IMG/VR virus record: IMGVR_UViG_3300027969_004705
Coordinates: 1-64,000 of that record
DNA from: a virus
Strand: one strand, 5' to 3'
Length of the DNA stretch: 64,000 bases
This document shows positions 61,899 to 64,000 of the stretch, piece by piece; the first letter of the stretch is position 1; the number at the start of each line of letters is the position of its first letter. The position numbers and the translations under genes were made by a program. A model generated the notes under the pieces. The model was not told the DNA's origin, made no database searches, and saw only the letters and a list, made by a program, of their open reading frames with translations.

Positions 61899-62671
61899 GT
61901 TGTAATACTAATACCGCAAATTGTGACCCTTTAAATATTTTTGCTGCTAATGCAATACCTCAATGTGGTCAGATATTTAGTCCGCATACTTTTCAAGCTG
62001 AGCAATTAATATATAGCAATGCATATAGCGATTTAATTAATAGTTTAGGAGTACCTATTAATTATTATGTTAATACTTTTAACTTTAATACTGCAGACTT
62101 TATATACGGAGAGGAACCAACAAGTAAATTTTTAGGACCTTTTGTTATGCAAATGTTTGTTGAGCTTACTGAGGCATCGATTAACCTTTCAAAATTTGGG
62201 TATGCCGCGGGGGACGACCTAGTTGGTTATCTTCACATTAATACCTTTACAACCACGTTATCTCCGCAAGTTAATTACGCTTTATATAACCAATCTATTG
62301 AACCTAAATCAGGTGATTTAATAGAGATGACAGCTCTTGGATGCGATAGACCTAATGGTAGAGGTTCTAAAATCTTTGAAATTACTGAAAGAGTTGATCA
62401 AGATGTATCTTCACTTAATCCTTTGTTAGGTCATTATGTTTATAGATTGAAAGCGAAACGTTACGAGTATTCATTCGAACCAGGATTAACTGGTGAGTCA
62501 GTTAATGATCAAGTTTTTGATAACTCTTTCTCTGGCATTGTTTCTTCTAGTCTTGTTGGACAATTATCTTCTCAAGCTAAATTATACAACTCAGATATTG
62601 ATATTACATCTAAACAAGTTGTTTTGGATATGGATGCTAATAAGACAGATATATATGGAAGTTATTATTAA
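61895..62671 (+). CDS. gp14: Neck/head-closure protein (T4 gp14-like)
   Basis: G..INYY, IYGEEP..KF, LSKFG, EPKSGDLI, FEIT, YVYRLKAKRYEYS. Confidence 0.8.
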   Translation: MSCNTNTANCDPLNIFAANAIPQCGQIFSPHTFQAEQLIYSNAYSDLINSLGVPINYYVNTFNFNTADFIYGEEPTSKFLGPFVMQMFVELTEASINLSKFGYAAGDDLVGYLHINTFTTTLSPQVNYALYNQSIEPKSGDLIEMTALGCDRPNGRGSKIFEITERVDQDVSSLNPLLGHYVYRLKAKRYEYSFEPGLTGESVNDQVFDNSFSGIVSSSLVGQLSSQAKLYNSDIDITSKQVVLDMDANKTDIYGSYY

Positions 62672-62678
62672 TAACACC

Positions 62679-62706
62679 TTGATATAATAATGAACTACCA
62701 TATAAT
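62679..62706 (+). promoter_or_regulatory. TTGATA-N16-TATAAT promoter with GAAC element, 6 nt before ATG
   Basis: Read directly from sequence. Confidence 0.65.
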
Positions 62707-62712
62707 CATTGT

Positions 62713-63408
62713 ATGGTATTCTTTAATGAGGAGCAACACTCTTACACTAATGCAGAAGGCGAGAACTATATCTCTGTAACAACTCTATTATCAAAATATA
62801 AAAACAAATTTGATACAGAAAAACATGCAACAAGGGTAGCTCTAAAAGAAGGTGTTACAAAAGAATTTGTAATACAAATATGGGAAGATATTACAAAAAC
62901 TGCTACAGATAGAGGAACAGAGATTCATAAAGCTTTAGAAGACCACATTACAAAAGCTAAAAATAATAGTGATAAACATAGTGATAAACATAGTGACATA
63001 TGTAAAAGCTATGACGATATTGTTTACAATAATATTGATAAATATAATGTAGTTCTTAGTGAAAAATTATTATACATCGATGAATATAAGGTAGCAGGTA
63101 CAGCTGACTTAATTTATGAACATGATAAATACTTTACAATAGGCGATTTTAAAACCAATAAAAAGTTTAATTTTTCAAGTAAGTATAATGAATACTTTAA
63201 TGAACCTTTAAGTCATCTTAATTATTGCGAGTTTAATAGTTATGCTTTACAGTTATCACTTTATGCATTTATGTATGAAAATTACTCAGGTAAACAATGT
63301 CGAAAGATTGTTATATTTTATTTAGAAAAGGATAAATTCATTCCTATACACTGCAACTATTTAAAGAGTGATGTAATTAATTTACTTAAACATTATAAAA
63401 ATATATAA
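62713..63408 (+). CDS. PD-(D/E)XK exonuclease (RecB/Cas4-like)
   Basis: SVTTLL, RGTEIH, SEK, AGTADL, DFKT, YALQLSLY. Confidence 0.85.
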   Translation: MVFFNEEQHSYTNAEGENYISVTTLLSKYKNKFDTEKHATRVALKEGVTKEFVIQIWEDITKTATDRGTEIHKALEDHITKAKNNSDKHSDKHSDICKSYDDIVYNNIDKYNVVLSEKLLYIDEYKVAGTADLIYEHDKYFTIGDFKTNKKFNFSSKYNEYFNEPLSHLNYCEFNSYALQLSLYAFMYENYSGKQCRKIVIFYLEKDKFIPIHCNYLKSDVINLLKHYKNI

Positions 63409-63442
63409 AAAGTTTCTTTTTTGTATTATATATTTATATAAT

Positions 63443-63658
63443 ATGAAAAAAACTGCTATACTTAAAAAGCTAAGTCAGTATGTAGATAATATTTTCGAAA
63501 ATCTTGATAATATTTCAACATTACTTGAATTAGATCTAGAAGATGATGAACTATGTCTTTTATCTGAACAATTTAAAAAAATTGTTGAAGAAGCAATTAG
63601 TGAGAATGAAGATTGTAACTACAACGATATTGTAGAGTATATTAACAATACTTATTAA
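63443..63658 (+). CDS. Small acidic hypothetical protein
   Basis: 71 aa, coupled to the next gene. Confidence 0.6.
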   Translation: MKKTAILKKLSQYVDNIFENLDNISTLLELDLEDDELCLLSEQFKKIVEEAISENEDCNYNDIVEYINNTY

Positions 63659-64000
63659 TGAAAAAGATATTAATAATTGGTAAGGGATATATTGGTAATA
63701 TATTATTTAATAACTTACGTCAAAATAATTTACATGTACAAATTATTAGTAAGCAAGATATAGACTATACTAATAATGATATATTCACAACATTTTTATT
63801 ATCTAATAAAACGTTTGATTATGTTATAAATTGCTCTGGCTATACTGGCATTCCTAATATAGATCAAGCTGAAACAAATAAAGCAGAATGTTGGAAGTAT
63901 AATGTGTCAGTGCCGTATAATGTCAGTAAAATATGCGCGTTACATAATATCGAATTTATTAACATATCAACCGGCTGTATTTATTCAGGATACAGTAAAG
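63658..64000 (+). CDS. RmlD-like NAD-dependent sugar reductase/epimerase, N-terminal part; truncated by the window edge and absent from the track
   Basis: MKKILIIGKGYIG Rossmann motif, VINCSGYTGIPNIDQAE, YNV..P, ISTGCIYSG. Confidence 0.85.
   Translation, partial: MKKILIIGKGYIGNILFNNLRQNNLHVQIISKQDIDYTNNDIFTTFLLSNKTFDYVINCSGYTGIPNIDQAETNKAECWKYNVSVPYNVSKICALHNIEFINISTGCIYSGYSK

Noticed and set aside
8418-62687. Many 60-113 aa ORFs nested in or antisense to larger genes (e.g. 10483-10785, 10736-11077, 38182-38478, 43314-43523)
   Set aside because: Fully overlap well-supported genes, lack motifs and lack the promoter signature.
62968-62999. 12 bp tandem repeat (SDKH)x2
   Set aside because: Short in-frame slippage duplication in a probable loop; no evidence of function.
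62713-63408. Cas4 / CRISPR association
   Set aside because: No array or other cas genes and no four-Cys Fe-S set; it is an ordinary phage PD-(D/E)XK exonuclease.
1-64000. Alternative genetic code (stop-codon recoding)
   Set aside because: Core genes (gp17, gp18, gp41, gp6) are full length under the standard code and coding density is high.

Overview
A 64 kb, AT-rich segment of a large T4-like myovirus genome (standard genetic code). No tRNA, rRNA, CRISPR array or integrase was seen. Roughly 1-16.3 kb (mostly + strand) is a replication/recombination module: the 3' end of a family B DNA polymerase, UvsX, gp41 helicase, gp32 SSB, gp45 clamp, RNase H-like exonuclease and gp61 primase. It is interleaved with a metallophosphoesterase, an atypical QueC-like enzyme, a class II amidotransferase, two glycosyltransferases and a DHH phosphoesterase. 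Roughly 16.3-60.5 kb (mostly - strand) encodes tail fibres, a tailspike-like protein, baseplate (gp6, gp25, gp53, hub), tape measure, tube, sheath and terminase. Clamp loader, dUTPase, SNase and a Hef-like nuclease are scattered within it. The window ends with gp14, a PD-(D/E)XK exonuclease and a partial RmlD-like gene. The most notable signals: (1) almost every transcription unit has its promoter motif only 5-8 nt before the start codon and no Shine-Dalgarno, suggesting leaderless expression; (2) a QueC lacking its Zn-cysteines, near an Ntn amidotransferase and a glycosyltransferase; (3) a pervasive L-S-[A/G/S/T] motif in virion proteins, a candidate glycosylation sequon; (4) dispersed late genes with capsid-targeting-like N-termini. 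All protein calls come from motifs recognised by eye, not database searches.
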